This document shows, one piece after another, positions 55,168-64,000 of a DNA stretch of 64,000 nucleotides. The position numbers and the translations under genes are program-made. This DNA is from Pelagomonas calceolata (taxonomy: Eukaryota), in assembly GCA_918797485.1 (NCBI GenBank), contig CAKKNE010000003.1:1860001-1924000 (forward strand), in the 5' to 3' direction. Below the pieces are notes generated by a model. It ran no database searches. It had not been told where the DNA came from and saw only the letters and a program-made list of their open reading frames with translations. The first letter of the stretch is position 1; each line of letters begins with the position of its first letter.

Positions 55168-56034
55168 ATGATGCAAAACGCAGCCCGCCGCACCCTCCTC
55201 GTCGCCGCAGCAACCGCACGCGCCCTCTCGACAACAACGCAAGCGGACCTCGCCAAGGTCTTCCGCCGCCGCGTGTTGTACGAGGACAACCACGTCCTCG
55301 CGTTCGACAAGCCGGCGGGCGTGCTGTCCCAGGGCGACCGCACCGGCGACCCGTGCGTCGCGGACTACGCCAAGGCGTTTCTCGCGGAGGGCCGCGGCAC
55401 GCAGTACGCGAACCCGGCGCACCGGCTCGACCGGCCCGTGTCCGGCTGCATGCTGGTGGCGGCCTCGAGTAAAGCTGCGACGCGCTTGACGAAGGCGTTC
55501 GCCGACGGCCGCGTCGACAAGCGCTACCTCGCCGTCGTCGACGGCGTGCCCCGGCGTCCCAGCGCCGTCCTCGTCGACGCGATGCGGTCGCCGTCCGGCG
55601 GCGCTGCGAAGCCGACGGCGTGCCGGTCGCTCGCCGTGCTCGATGAGGAGCCTAGTGATTGGTCGAGCTTCGAAGTGCCGACGGGCTGGAAGCTGGCCGC
55701 GACGAGCTACGACGTCGTGGCCCAGGCTGATGGTAAAACGCTCCTCGAGGTGTCGCTGCCGCACGGCGGCCGGCGGCACCAGATCCGCGCGGCGCTGAGC
55801 CACGCCGGCACGCCCATCTGCGACGACGTGAAGTACGGCTCCTCCAAAACGACGGGCGTCGTGCCCTTCATCGGGCTGCACGCCTCGACGCTCGAGTGCC
55901 CGCACCCTATAGCGGACAAGCCACCCATCGCCGTCGCCGCGCCGGTCCCGGACGCCTGGCGCGACCGCTACGGCGGAGCGATCGCCGGCGCCGCAGCGGC
56001 GCAAATCAAAATGTTCGGGATGTTTAAGTTGTGA
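55168..56034 (+). CDS. RluA-family pseudouridine synthase
   Basis: LYEDNHVLAFDKPAG, HRLDRPVSG, GRRHQIRA, LHA. Confidence 0.92.
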   Translation: MMQNAARRTLLVAAATARALSTTTQADLAKVFRRRVLYEDNHVLAFDKPAGVLSQGDRTGDPCVADYAKAFLAEGRGTQYANPAHRLDRPVSGCMLVAASSKAATRLTKAFADGRVDKRYLAVVDGVPRRPSAVLVDAMRSPSGGAAKPTACRSLAVLDEEPSDWSSFEVPTGWKLAATSYDVVAQADGKTLLEVSLPHGGRRHQIRAALSHAGTPICDDVKYGSSKTTGVVPFIGLHASTLECPHPIADKPPIAVAAPVPDAWRDRYGGAIAGAAAAQIKMFGMFKL

Positions 56035-56057
56035 TACGAATAGAACGTGGTTAACTA

Positions 56058-57044
56058 CTACCTCGGCAGCTTGTTGCCATCCTTCCGCCCCGGCGTGTTG
56101 TAGCAGTAGGCCGCGACGTTGATCAAAGCCCCTCCTAACAGAAAGGTGGCGGTCGGCCGGAAGTGCATGATCGCCATCTCGAGCACGCACGACGCGACCG
56201 TCGAGAAGGCCGCGGCGAAGCCCTTGAGGATGTTGTCCGCGTATTTCAGGATGAAGGCGACGTTCAAACCGCCCACCGCTTGAATTATTATGACCGTCCA
56301 AACCAAACGAGTATAGCCCTGGAAGAAGCCCCGCTCCTGTATAGCTTGTCGGTCCTTCACTATGGTCGAAACAACACCAAGGCACACACTGGTCAGGCCC
56401 ATCTGCGCGTTGCGGACCCACATGTTCGTCTTTCCCGCCTGGAGGATCTTCTGCTGGTAGACGCCGCAGAAGCCCGACGTGAAGGCCGCGGCCACAACTG
56501 CGAGAAAACCCAAAGTTTGGTAGCCCAGCCCCGTCTCGGGGTGCGGCGCGTCGCTGTCGGACTTGTGGTTGTCACTTTGTACCACTGTGACGCCCACAAA
56601 TAACGCTATCAACGAGAGCCACTTTCTCTTGGACAGTTTCTGGCCGAGCATGGTCACGGAGAATAATGCGCTCGTCAATATTTTGAGGTTGTACGTTACT
56701 TTATAAGGTGTGGCTCGTAAGTTAGATAGAGCAAAATATAACAAATTGTTCTGGAGTAGGTAGAGAAAAGACGGCACCGCCAATCGCAGCACCTCACTAG
56801 GCTTCTCGAGGAACTCCCGCCGAAACACATTGACCAATCCACTGATTGAGCCTCGCGCTTCCCCGGCGTACAACATCCCGACGCAGACGCACAATTTGAG
56901 CACCTCCATGCAGCAGACCGCCGTCGACGCCAAATACATCTCGCCCGTCGCGTGGCTCCTACTATACCGCATCAGCAGCACCAGCGCCGTGTCCTGCGCC
57001 ACCAAAAACGCGAGCGAGCCATACCGCAGGCAGCGCGTCGCCAT
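56058..57044 (-). CDS. Nucleotide-sugar transporter (SLC35A / UDP-galactose-type)
   Basis: LAVPSFLYLLQNNL, LKILTSALFS, MWVRNAQ, KYADNILKGFA. Confidence 0.92.
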   Translation of the reverse strand: MATRCLRYGSLAFLVAQDTALVLLMRYSRSHATGEMYLASTAVCCMEVLKLCVCVGMLYAGEARGSISGLVNVFRREFLEKPSEVLRLAVPSFLYLLQNNLLYFALSNLRATPYKVTYNLKILTSALFSVTMLGQKLSKRKWLSLIALFVGVTVVQSDNHKSDSDAPHPETGLGYQTLGFLAVVAAAFTSGFCGVYQQKILQAGKTNMWVRNAQMGLTSVCLGVVSTIVKDRQAIQERGFFQGYTRLVWTVIIIQAVGGLNVAFILKYADNILKGFAAAFSTVASCVLEMAIMHFRPTATFLLGGALINVAAYCYNTPGRKDGNKLPR

Positions 57045-57375
57045 GCGCGATAGAGGCTTGGGCTCGTCGTCGTCCGGCGGTGGTGGCACCGGCGACTTGC
57101 TAAGGCTGCGCTCGGCCGCAATTTTTAGCTAGTGCGGTTCAGAGCCGCTGCTGCTCTTGCAGCTGGACTCCTGGACTCCACAGACACCCGTCGGTCTCCG
57201 CAGCCGACGCCGCCGACGGGTCGCCTCAGGCAATGAATTTGGAGGCGCGAGAGTGCGTTTCGCAGCGGCTGCGATGCAGCGCTTAGAGAATAGATCGCAG
57301 CGATGCGCTGAGCAACGAGAGCTGCCGTAACAAGCCACGCGTGCGTTTGGCCTTCAATTATTGGCTTGCCTGCTT

Positions 57376-57395
57376 GCTAGTGTGTTAGCGCTAGC
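57376..57395 (+). promoter_or_regulatory. CTAG dyad motif (divergent gap)
   Basis: gctagtgtgttagcgctagc. Confidence 0.6.
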
Positions 57396-57632
57396 CCCTA
57401 AGTCACCTACGACTCCTTCTCCGTATAGAAACGCGTAACGACGACGCCTAATTGAGCATTAGAGCGATGCAAAAACACCCCACTAGGGAACGCTCTCTTT
57501 CGCAAGGAGATTGCAACACTTGGATTGGAACAGTTTGGGCTGCCCCCCACGCCGGCGACGCGCCCCAGCTCGGAACAGTAAGCTGCCGTCGTCGTCGCAA
57601 ATCGGTACCCAAGCAACCAGTACACAAGCACC

Positions 57633-58198
57633 ATGTCCGGCAAGGGGAAGGGCGGCCGGGGCAAGGGCAAGGCCGCCGGCAAGCTCTCGTCCATGTCGAA
57701 GAAGGCGGGCCTCCAGTTCCCGACGGCGCGCCTGAACCGGTACATGCGCAAGGGCAAGTACGCCGCCAGGGTGAGCCCCGGCGCCGGCGTCTACATGGGC
57801 GCGGTCCTCGAGTACCTCTGCGCCGAGGTCTTGGAGCTGGCGGGCAACGCGGCGCGCGACAACAAGAAGAAAACTATTGTTCACCGCTGCGTCCGGTAAC
57901 CTTCGAATCGTCGAGACCCCTTCACGCCATCGACGCGACGCCTCACCGGTCCGTCGCCGCGCAGATGCCGCGCCACGTCCAGCTCGCCGTGCGCAACGAC
58001 GAGGAGCTGAACAAATTGCTTGGCGGTGTCACCATCGCGGCGGGGGGCGTCCTGCCAAACCTGCACAAGGAATTGCTCCCGTCGAAGGGCGACCGGCTCC
58101 GCAAGCGCCTCGAGACGAGCTCCGGCTGGAAGGGCGCCGCGACGCACGACCACTACCGCAAGCGGGGCCAGTACGACATGCCGTCGGCGCAGCGCTAG
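57633..58198 (+). CDS. H2A: Divergent histone H2A variant with long C-terminal tail (159 aa; exons 57633-57878, 57965-58198)
   Basis: [47 protein letters not shown]; 86-bp GT-AG intron. Confidence 0.92.
57879..57964 (+). mobile_element. Introner intron (86 bp) in H2A
   Basis: 8 nt then CTGCG...CGCAG; core at 57925. Confidence 0.85.
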
Positions 58199-58211
58199 GC
58201 CAATTCGCGAC

Positions 58212-58772
58212 TTAAGATTTTCCCCGGGCCTCGAGGTAGTCCAGCCGGCTCCGGAGCGCGGCCGTCGCCCAGGCGAGCTCGCGCCGGAGCTCGTCCTCGG
58301 ACACGGCCGCCTCGAGCTGTTCGGAAGGCGAGGCTGGTGATAGGGGCGGCAGCGGCGGCGGCGCGCGCCGCGCGGGCGCCGCGTCCAGCGACGAGGCCGG
58401 CGACTCGGGCGACGACACGTAGTGCGGCGGCCGCGCCGGCGACGCGGGCGGCGTCGGCATCATCCGCGCCGGCGACGCGGGCGGCGTCGGGAGGCGTGGC
58501 GGCCGCGCCGGCGACCGCGGCGCCGCCAGCGGGCGGTCCGGCGACGGCGGTGGCGACCACATGATTTGTTGTGGCGGCACCAGCGGCGCGAACGTCGGCG
58601 CGCAGAGGCCCGGGCCGGGCCAGCGGGGCCGCGCGGCGATCTCGGGCGGCGCGCCCTCGTCGAGCCGGCGACAGATGGCTAGGAAGTCGTCACGCGCGCC
58701 CGCTATTAATTCGTTTCGTTGCTGCTTGCTTCGAATTTTCGCTTGCAAGCGCGTGACGCCTTGGACGGCCAT
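58212..58772 (-). CDS. Hypothetical Pro-rich protein
   Basis: IQ-like N-terminus, PPASPAR repeats, C-terminal coiled coil. Confidence 0.6.
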   Translation of the reverse strand: MAVQGVTRLQAKIRSKQQRNELIAGARDDFLAICRRLDEGAPPEIAARPRWPGPGLCAPTFAPLVPPQQIMWSPPPSPDRPLAAPRSPARPPRLPTPPASPARMMPTPPASPARPPHYVSSPESPASSLDAAPARRAPPPLPPLSPASPSEQLEAAVSEDELRRELAWATAALRSRLDYLEARGKS

Positions 58773-58775
58773 TTT

Positions 58776-58960
58776 TTTGTTCGCCTTTGAGCGCGTAATT
58801 CCTCAGCTGTGAGAGCAATATTCAAAAAAAGCTCCCACGACGAACTATGCTCCACGCTACAGCGCGCTGCCTTTGTTTGGCGTTTGAGCGCGCCACTCAG
58901 CTGTGAGAGCAATAATCAAAAACCCACGGCGCACCGATGCCCCCACGCTTCCAGCGCGCT
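58776..58960. repeat. Imperfect tandem duplication, 2 x ~90-95 bp
   Basis: tttgagcgcg...ctcagctgtgagagcaata.tcaaaaa...cccacg...ccacgct.cagcgcgctg occurs twice. Confidence 0.85.
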
Positions 58961-59037
58961 GTCACGGAACTGATGCGGTACCAGAGACAACTCGTTTGTC
59001 CAGTTTGCCCGTAAATGGGTAGCGCGCGCAAACACGA

Positions 59038-59061
59038 GCTAGCGTGCGGTAAGACACTAGC
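59038..59061 (-). promoter_or_regulatory. CTAG dyad motif (divergent gap)
   Basis: Reverse complement gctagtgtcttaccgcacgctagc. Confidence 0.7.
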
Positions 59062-59177
59062 AAGCATGGGCAGCCGCTAAAAATCGTGGTTAGACGGCCG
59101 CTAGGGCAGTCAACTGCGGCGCAGAAATGGAGAATTGATAGATGTGATCAACATGTAGCGGACGTGACGAATTATAG

Positions 59178-59987
59178 ATGACAAAAAGCGGCCGAAAGAA
59201 ACTAGTGATAGAGCTGCAATACCTCGGCAGCGCGTACGACGGCTGGCAGCCGCAACCGAACCAGTCGAGCGTCTACGACGTGGTCGCCGCGGCACTGCAC
59301 AAATGCACGGGCGAAACGTACGGCCCTGTGGTTGCGGGAAGGACGGATAAAGGCGTACACGCAAAACATCAGCTCATTTCCGTGCGCACGGAGCGGTCCC
59401 ACGATCACGAGGCGCTCGTCGCAGCGCTGAACGTAACACTACCAAAAGACGTGCTAGTGCTGTCGGCGCGAGAGGCTCCTGCGACGTTCCACGCGACGAC
59501 ATCGGTGCGCCAAAAGACCTATTCCTACTACCTGGCGCTCGGGGACGCCGCAGGAGACGACGTGGCCTGGCGCGTCGAGGGCCTCGATCTTGCTAAAATG
59601 CGGGCCTGTGCGCAGCGCTTCGTCGGCGAGCACGATTTCAAAGTGTTCTCTGCCGGCGGTAAAGCGAGCGGCACCACGGTGCGAACCATCCGCGCCGTTG
59701 TCGTGGAGGAACTCGAGCACGTAGAGCTGGCGTTCGTCGGCCACGTCCAGGGCCCGCTCGTGCGGGTGGGATTTGAAGGTGAGGGCTTCCTCAAGCACCA
59801 GGTCCGGCGCATGGTCGGGGCGCTCGTGCGCGTCGGGCGCGGCGACCTAGCCGAGAGCGTCGTGGCAGACGCGCTCCGCGACCCGGCGACGCCGCGGCCG
59901 GAGGTTTCTTCTCGCGCTTTCGTCGCGCCGGCGCGCGGGCTGTGGCTGGAGCGCGTCGACTTTGACGGGTCCGTGCTTCACTACTGA
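59178..59987 (+). CDS. truA: tRNA pseudouridine synthase TruA-like
   Basis: YLGSAYDGWQ, AGRTDKGVHA, FVGEHDF, GFLKHQVRRMVG, APARGLWL. Confidence 0.92.
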   Translation: MTKSGRKKLVIELQYLGSAYDGWQPQPNQSSVYDVVAAALHKCTGETYGPVVAGRTDKGVHAKHQLISVRTERSHDHEALVAALNVTLPKDVLVLSAREAPATFHATTSVRQKTYSYYLALGDAAGDDVAWRVEGLDLAKMRACAQRFVGEHDFKVFSAGGKASGTTVRTIRAVVVEELEHVELAFVGHVQGPLVRVGFEGEGFLKHQVRRMVGALVRVGRGDLAESVVADALRDPATPRPEVSSRAFVAPARGLWLERVDFDGSVLHY

Positions 59988-60012
59988 GTCATGTCATGTT
60001 TGTTGTTAACTT

Positions 60013-61254
60013 TTACACGGGTCTTTTACAAATAGGGCAGAACCGGTGCTCCCGGTCTCGGAGCCACCGCTCGAGGCACGCGCGATGGAACACGTGCGAG
60101 CAGGGTAGCCGCTCGTGGCCGCCCCGGATCGCATCCTGGCAGATGACGCAGTTTTCCTCGCCCAGCGGCGCCCCGTTCACGCGCTCCGCATGGTACGCCT
60201 CCGCGACCGGAATGGCCTCGCTGCTGACGGAAGTCGGCGCCGGCGCCGGTACTGCCACGGATATGATCTGGCCGGGCATGGCCCCTGCCGGAATCGGCAC
60301 GTTGACTATGCGGCCGTCGAGGATCCGGACCTGGACGTGCATGCCAGGACACGAGTTGGGCGGGACCTGGATCTGCACGATCTGTTGCTGCGTAGGCACG
60401 ACGGGAACCATCTCCAGCGCCGGCGTGTTTGGTGAATATTCGTCGTTGTCGAGAGCCATCCGATGGCGCGTGTACGCGGCGAGCGCGAGCGCCGCGAGAA
60501 AGCCAACAGCCGCCCCGATGTGCGCGGAAACATAAATACCGGCGTTCATACCGTAGCAGGCGGCCACAATATGTGTCCAGAGTGCAGTGAGCAGGATGCA
60601 GAAGAGTACAATACCAAAGCACGCGCCGTTGGCGAACGCCTTGTAGTTGGAACACATCTGCGGGAGGCCCGCGCAGCCGTAGATCGCACAAAGCCAAAAG
60701 AAAAAGCCGAGGAGAAACGCGAGCGTATACCACCCCGCCCAATCGGGCTCCGGACACTGGCCCTCGTCGTAGCGTACTAACTCTTCCGTTCCCTCCTCGC
60801 AGATGCAATGGATGGTGTTGTGGCAGGGGCCGTCGTTGAGGCCGCCGTCGATGTGGTCACAGACCATCCCGCAGTCCTCCGACCCGGCCCAGTCGTTCGG
60901 CTCGCCGTCGCCCCATGGCGCGTCCGTGCCCGCGTCGCCCGTGGTCCATCGCCACGTTTCCTGCGCGTTGCAGCGATGCAAGCCTACGAACGCGCAGCCT
61001 CCCGGCCAGCCTCCCTGGAGCCCGCCACCCGTGACTGCGTCGTAGACGGCGTCGAACTCCTCCTGCGATGCGATGGCCGCGATGATGTGGCCGCCGCGCT
61101 TCGGGCACTCCGTCGTTGCGCACTCGTCGAAGGTGTAGCCGGACCCTGTTAGTTGGAGGCACTTCGTCCCGACCGGTTCATAGCCCACACCGCAAGTCGA
61201 GTTGGTCGCGAGAGCGCTGCGGAAGAGCAATAGGGCAGCCCCAGCTCGCAGCAT
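60013..61254 (-). CDS. C-type lectin - TM - RING-H2 protein
   Basis: Signal peptide; WGDGEPND..EDC...LNDGPC...CICE; 3 TM; CVICQD...LPCSHVFHRACLERWL...CPICK. Confidence 0.85.
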   Translation of the reverse strand: MLRAGAALLLFRSALATNSTCGVGYEPVGTKCLQLTGSGYTFDECATTECPKRGGHIIAAIASQEEFDAVYDAVTGGGLQGGWPGGCAFVGLHRCNAQETWRWTTGDAGTDAPWGDGEPNDWAGSEDCGMVCDHIDGGLNDGPCHNTIHCICEEGTEELVRYDEGQCPEPDWAGWYTLAFLLGFFFWLCAIYGCAGLPQMCSNYKAFANGACFGIVLFCILLTALWTHIVAACYGMNAGIYVSAHIGAAVGFLAALALAAYTRHRMALDNDEYSPNTPALEMVPVVPTQQQIVQIQVPPNSCPGMHVQVRILDGRIVNVPIPAGAMPGQIISVAVPAPAPTSVSSEAIPVAEAYHAERVNGAPLGEENCVICQDAIRGGHERLPCSHVFHRACLERWLRDREHRFCPICKRPV

Positions 61255-61266
61255 GCTGATCCACTA

Positions 61267-61300
61267 GTGCAGGCTTCCGGTATGTGCAGGCTTCCGGTAT
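61267..61300. repeat. 17-bp tandem repeat x2 just upstream of the lectin-RING start codon
   Basis: gtgcaggcttccggtat twice. Confidence 0.9.
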
Positions 61301-61580
61301 CGCGTCCGCGCGTACAACGCTGTCCAAGCTGCCCACAGCTCAGACTTTTTCCTGGGACCCGAATTAAATCCGAATTGAAAGGAATCGTCGTGATCATCCC
61401 CTTCGCCTAGGGATGACTAACGAGCCTGAGGATCGGTCCTCCGACGCCCTTCTGTGGGGAGCACTCAACAAAATTACAAGCATGGCATGGCAAGCAAAGA
61501 GATGGCCCAAGGGGACGCAGCGCTGCCCCCACGCCGTCGCGGGGCGCATGAATGCGCGCCGATGACGGACAGAGCATAAA

Positions 61581-62888
61581 ATGCCACCACTAAGATCACT
61601 GCTGCTCGCGGCAGCCGCCGCAGCAAACCAGCAGGACCGCTTCTGCCTCGGCGGCGTATCGGCAGCCCACGGCCCGTACCGCATCTGCTGCCCGGCGCAA
61701 TGCGGCGCGTGCGTCGAGGACGACAAATGTAGAGCACGGCCGCCGGGCGGCCTCGTCTGCTGCCCCGTGTCCGGCGTGCTCGCGAGCCGACGGCGGTGCA
61801 GCCGGCGCAAGGACGCCGCCTGCTACGCGCGCGACGACGACCCGGAGTTCTTCCCCTGGTTAGCCGTGGATGCGGTACAGCGCACACAACAGCCGCCGTC
61901 GTCGATCGACGGCGCCTACCCGTGGCCCCGCACCGAGCTCAAGGAGACGGGGCTCCAGACCTTTCGGGCAGGCCCGAAGAAGCATTCCGAAAGCGTGCAC
62001 GTCGCCGTCGCGGCGGACCGGGCGCACTACGTCGGACTGATAGCCTGTATCGGGTCCGTCTTCGCGGCAGCCAGGGACCCCTACCGGCTCCGCGTCTCGG
62101 CAATCATACCAAGTAGAGGCGCGCGCGACGCCATGGCCCTGAAGCGCGCGCTGAAGTGCCGAGTACGGGGCCACGTGGCCGTCGTCGAGTTCGACGCGCG
62201 GCAATTTTTGAGGAGCGTCGAGGTGCGCGCGCCGCGGGGCCCGGGCTACGGCAATTTAAGGAGCGTCGCGAACTTCGCGCGCTTCTTCCTGGATGAGTTG
62301 CTGCCGGGCGCGGACCGCGTCGTCTACCTCGACGCGGATGCGATCGTCGTGAGAGATATTGCTACCTTGTACGACTCGAAGCCGGAGGCCGTCGTCGCCG
62401 GCGTGCCGCGCAATCAAAAGGCCTGCTACGACGCCAAGGACCAGCGGCCGGGCATGTTCTTTTGTGATAACAACGATCTGGGAACGTTCGCCGACGCGTC
62501 CGCGCTGAAGACGTTCAACGCCGGAGTAGTTCTTATCGATCTTAAACAGTGGCGCGCCTTGAAACTCGGCGACAAATTCATCGAAATGACGCGCGCCCAT
62601 GCGAGGAAGAAGCTCTGGCGCCTCGGGTCGAACCCGCCGCTCGTATTATTGGCGCACGGCCGCTTCGAGGCGCTTGATCAGAGATGGAACTGCGACGGCC
62701 TCGGCTGGAAGAAGCCCACGGATTTGGAGGAGACGTGTCTGAGGGACGGCGCCTTCGTCTGGCACTGGTCGGGGCCGAGGAAGCCGTGGCTCGCGGACGG
62801 CCTCTACCCGCAGCTCTGGTGGCCGCACGTGCGCGACGCGCGGTGTTTACTGGGGCTGCCGGGCGTGCCGCTAAATGTGACTCGTTAG
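61581..62888 (+). CDS. Glycosyltransferase family 8 (GATL-like)
   Basis: NFARFFL, VVYLDAD, FNAGV, GSNPP, WNCDGLG, HWSGPRKPW. Confidence 0.9.
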   Translation: MPPLRSLLLAAAAAANQQDRFCLGGVSAAHGPYRICCPAQCGACVEDDKCRARPPGGLVCCPVSGVLASRRRCSRRKDAACYARDDDPEFFPWLAVDAVQRTQQPPSSIDGAYPWPRTELKETGLQTFRAGPKKHSESVHVAVAADRAHYVGLIACIGSVFAAARDPYRLRVSAIIPSRGARDAMALKRALKCRVRGHVAVVEFDARQFLRSVEVRAPRGPGYGNLRSVANFARFFLDELLPGADRVVYLDADAIVVRDIATLYDSKPEAVVAGVPRNQKACYDAKDQRPGMFFCDNNDLGTFADASALKTFNAGVVLIDLKQWRALKLGDKFIEMTRAHARKKLWRLGSNPPLVLLAHGRFEALDQRWNCDGLGWKKPTDLEETCLRDGAFVWHWSGPRKPWLADGLYPQLWWPHVRDARCLLGLPGVPLNVTR

Positions 62889-62966
62889 TATTTTCTCCGT
62901 TCGCCCCGTGCGTGTAGTCGTACTCTAGGGCTACCCCTCGGCACGCCATCGACGCGGCACTACAAC

Positions 62967-63572
62967 TTACGCGCTCGCCTTCGCCCGGTCGAGGCGCTCC
63001 TGGAGCGGCAAGGCGCCGCCGTCCTCGCGCGGCGGCGGGCTCGCGATGCGGTTCAGCGCGAGCTGGAGCGCCTCCGCGTCGCGCGCGTCGTCCTCGGCGC
63101 CGCGCTTCCGTTTTTTGGGGGGCGCGTCCGCGGCGAGCACCTTCTCCGGGAAGGGCGGGAGGAACGCGGGCACGTGCGCGCGCCGCGTCGTCGTCGCGCC
63201 GGCGCCGAGGACGCCGTAGCGGCTCGAGCGCTTCGGCGCCGGCAGCGTGGACCCCGGCTGGGCGGGAAGGCGCCAGCCGTGGCCCTCCCGCGGAAAGAAG
63301 AAGTCCCGTAATTCTTGCCACGCGACTCGGTTCGCGGGACTTTGCTTCAAAGCCGACAGCACATCATTTAAAGCGAGCTCCGACCGCGTCGCGTGCCGCG
63401 CGTTCGCCGCGGCGCGCCGCGCCAGCGCGCGCACCGAGGCCCGCACGACGTCCGCGAGCGCTTCGAGGGCGCCCTCGTCGGCCGCGGCGAAGCCTCTCTC
63501 TCTAGCTATCCTCGCCGCGGCGACGATGCAGGCGTCGCGCGCAAGGGACTGGGAGGTGGGTTGCTGGGCCAT
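62967..63572 (-). CDS. TAF8: TFIID subunit 8-like (histone-fold/BTP + TAF8_C)
   Basis: GFAAADEGALEALADV...ARHATRSE...DV; HVPAFLPPFP. Confidence 0.8.
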   Translation of the reverse strand: MAQQPTSQSLARDACIVAAARIARERGFAAADEGALEALADVVRASVRALARRAAANARHATRSELALNDVLSALKQSPANRVAWQELRDFFFPREGHGWRLPAQPGSTLPAPKRSSRYGVLGAGATTTRRAHVPAFLPPFPEKVLAADAPPKKRKRGAEDDARDAEALQLALNRIASPPPREDGGALPLQERLDRAKASA

Positions 63573-63809
63573 GGCTGCAAAAATCGCCAGTTGGCGCTCG
63601 GGGATTCACTTCCTCCCAGAAACTGGCTATTAACCCTCAAAAATCGCCGCTGGCAAAGGATGGGTGTGTGAAGCGCCTGCCGGGTCTCAGAGACCGCTGT
63701 TTTTTTGCTCAGGCTCAAGGCGCAGTCAGTAAGGCCGCGTTGTGAAACGTTCAGCACCGATAGGCTCGGAGCAGCCGAGGTAGTAGCGCTCTTTTTCAGC
63801 CCTTTGCTT

Positions 63810-63831
63810 CCTAGTGCCTTTCGACGCTAGC
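63810..63831 (+). promoter_or_regulatory. CTAG dyad motif
   Basis: cctagtgcctttcgacgctagc. Confidence 0.6.
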
Positions 63832-64000
63832 TGCGCTTTCCTCTCCCAACATCAAACTCGCTTGCGCGGCCGGCTCTGAGCTTTATACGTGGCTGCGAGC
63901 TGCTTTAAACTGCACTTGACACACGCCGCCGCAGAACAACTTCGCTGCTTACGATAGAAATGCGTGTGCTCCGAGTTGCTGCCTTGGTGGCTGCGGCCAA

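Noticed and set aside
57045..57338. Stop-codon readthrough or N-terminal extension of the nucleotide-sugar transporter (in-frame ORF across TAG 57129-57131)
   Set aside because: No upstream ATG; the simplest reading is 5' UTR with start at 57044
55168..59987. RluA and TruA pseudouridine synthases as a bacterial operon or contaminant
   Set aside because: Interleaved with clearly eukaryotic genes (H2A, SLC35A); same composition and promoter motif
1..64000. Hundreds of overlapping Arg/Pro/Ala-rich ORFs in the track
   Set aside because: Shadow and antisense frames expected at very high GC; no domain signatures

Overview
Gene-dense, very GC-rich eukaryotic DNA, most consistent with a pelagophyte alga (Pelagomonas/Aureococcus-like). 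That assignment is inferred from gene content, compactness and intron type. About 40 protein-coding genes are supportable; most of the supplied ORF track is GC-rich shadow ORFs. I saw no rRNA, tRNA or CRISPR. Three structures stand out. (1) Sixteen introns in nine genes look like one family of short non-autonomous DNA transposons (introners). Their layout is 8-bp target-site duplication + CTGYGT...ACRCAG terminal inverted repeats, usually with an internal CGCCATCGACGCG core. Two copies keep perfect TSDs and the rest are decayed. (2) A ~22-bp dyad motif, SCTAGTGTCTTACA-N(1-3)-CGCTAGC, occurs 14 times. It is always intergenic and about 100-430 bp upstream of a start codon, so it is a candidate core/bidirectional promoter element. 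(3) A 3.1-kb segment (28198-31311) is flanked by an exact 37-bp direct repeat that duplicates the 3' end of a ThrE-like gene, and it carries one divergent SAP + DEDDh-exonuclease-like gene. Other notable proteins are a Frizzled/Smoothened-like receptor near a G-alpha gene, a divergent long-tailed histone H2A, a MerT-like/HMA fusion and a C-type lectin-TM-RING protein. All exon structures were derived by hand from splice signals and frame continuity, not from transcripts.
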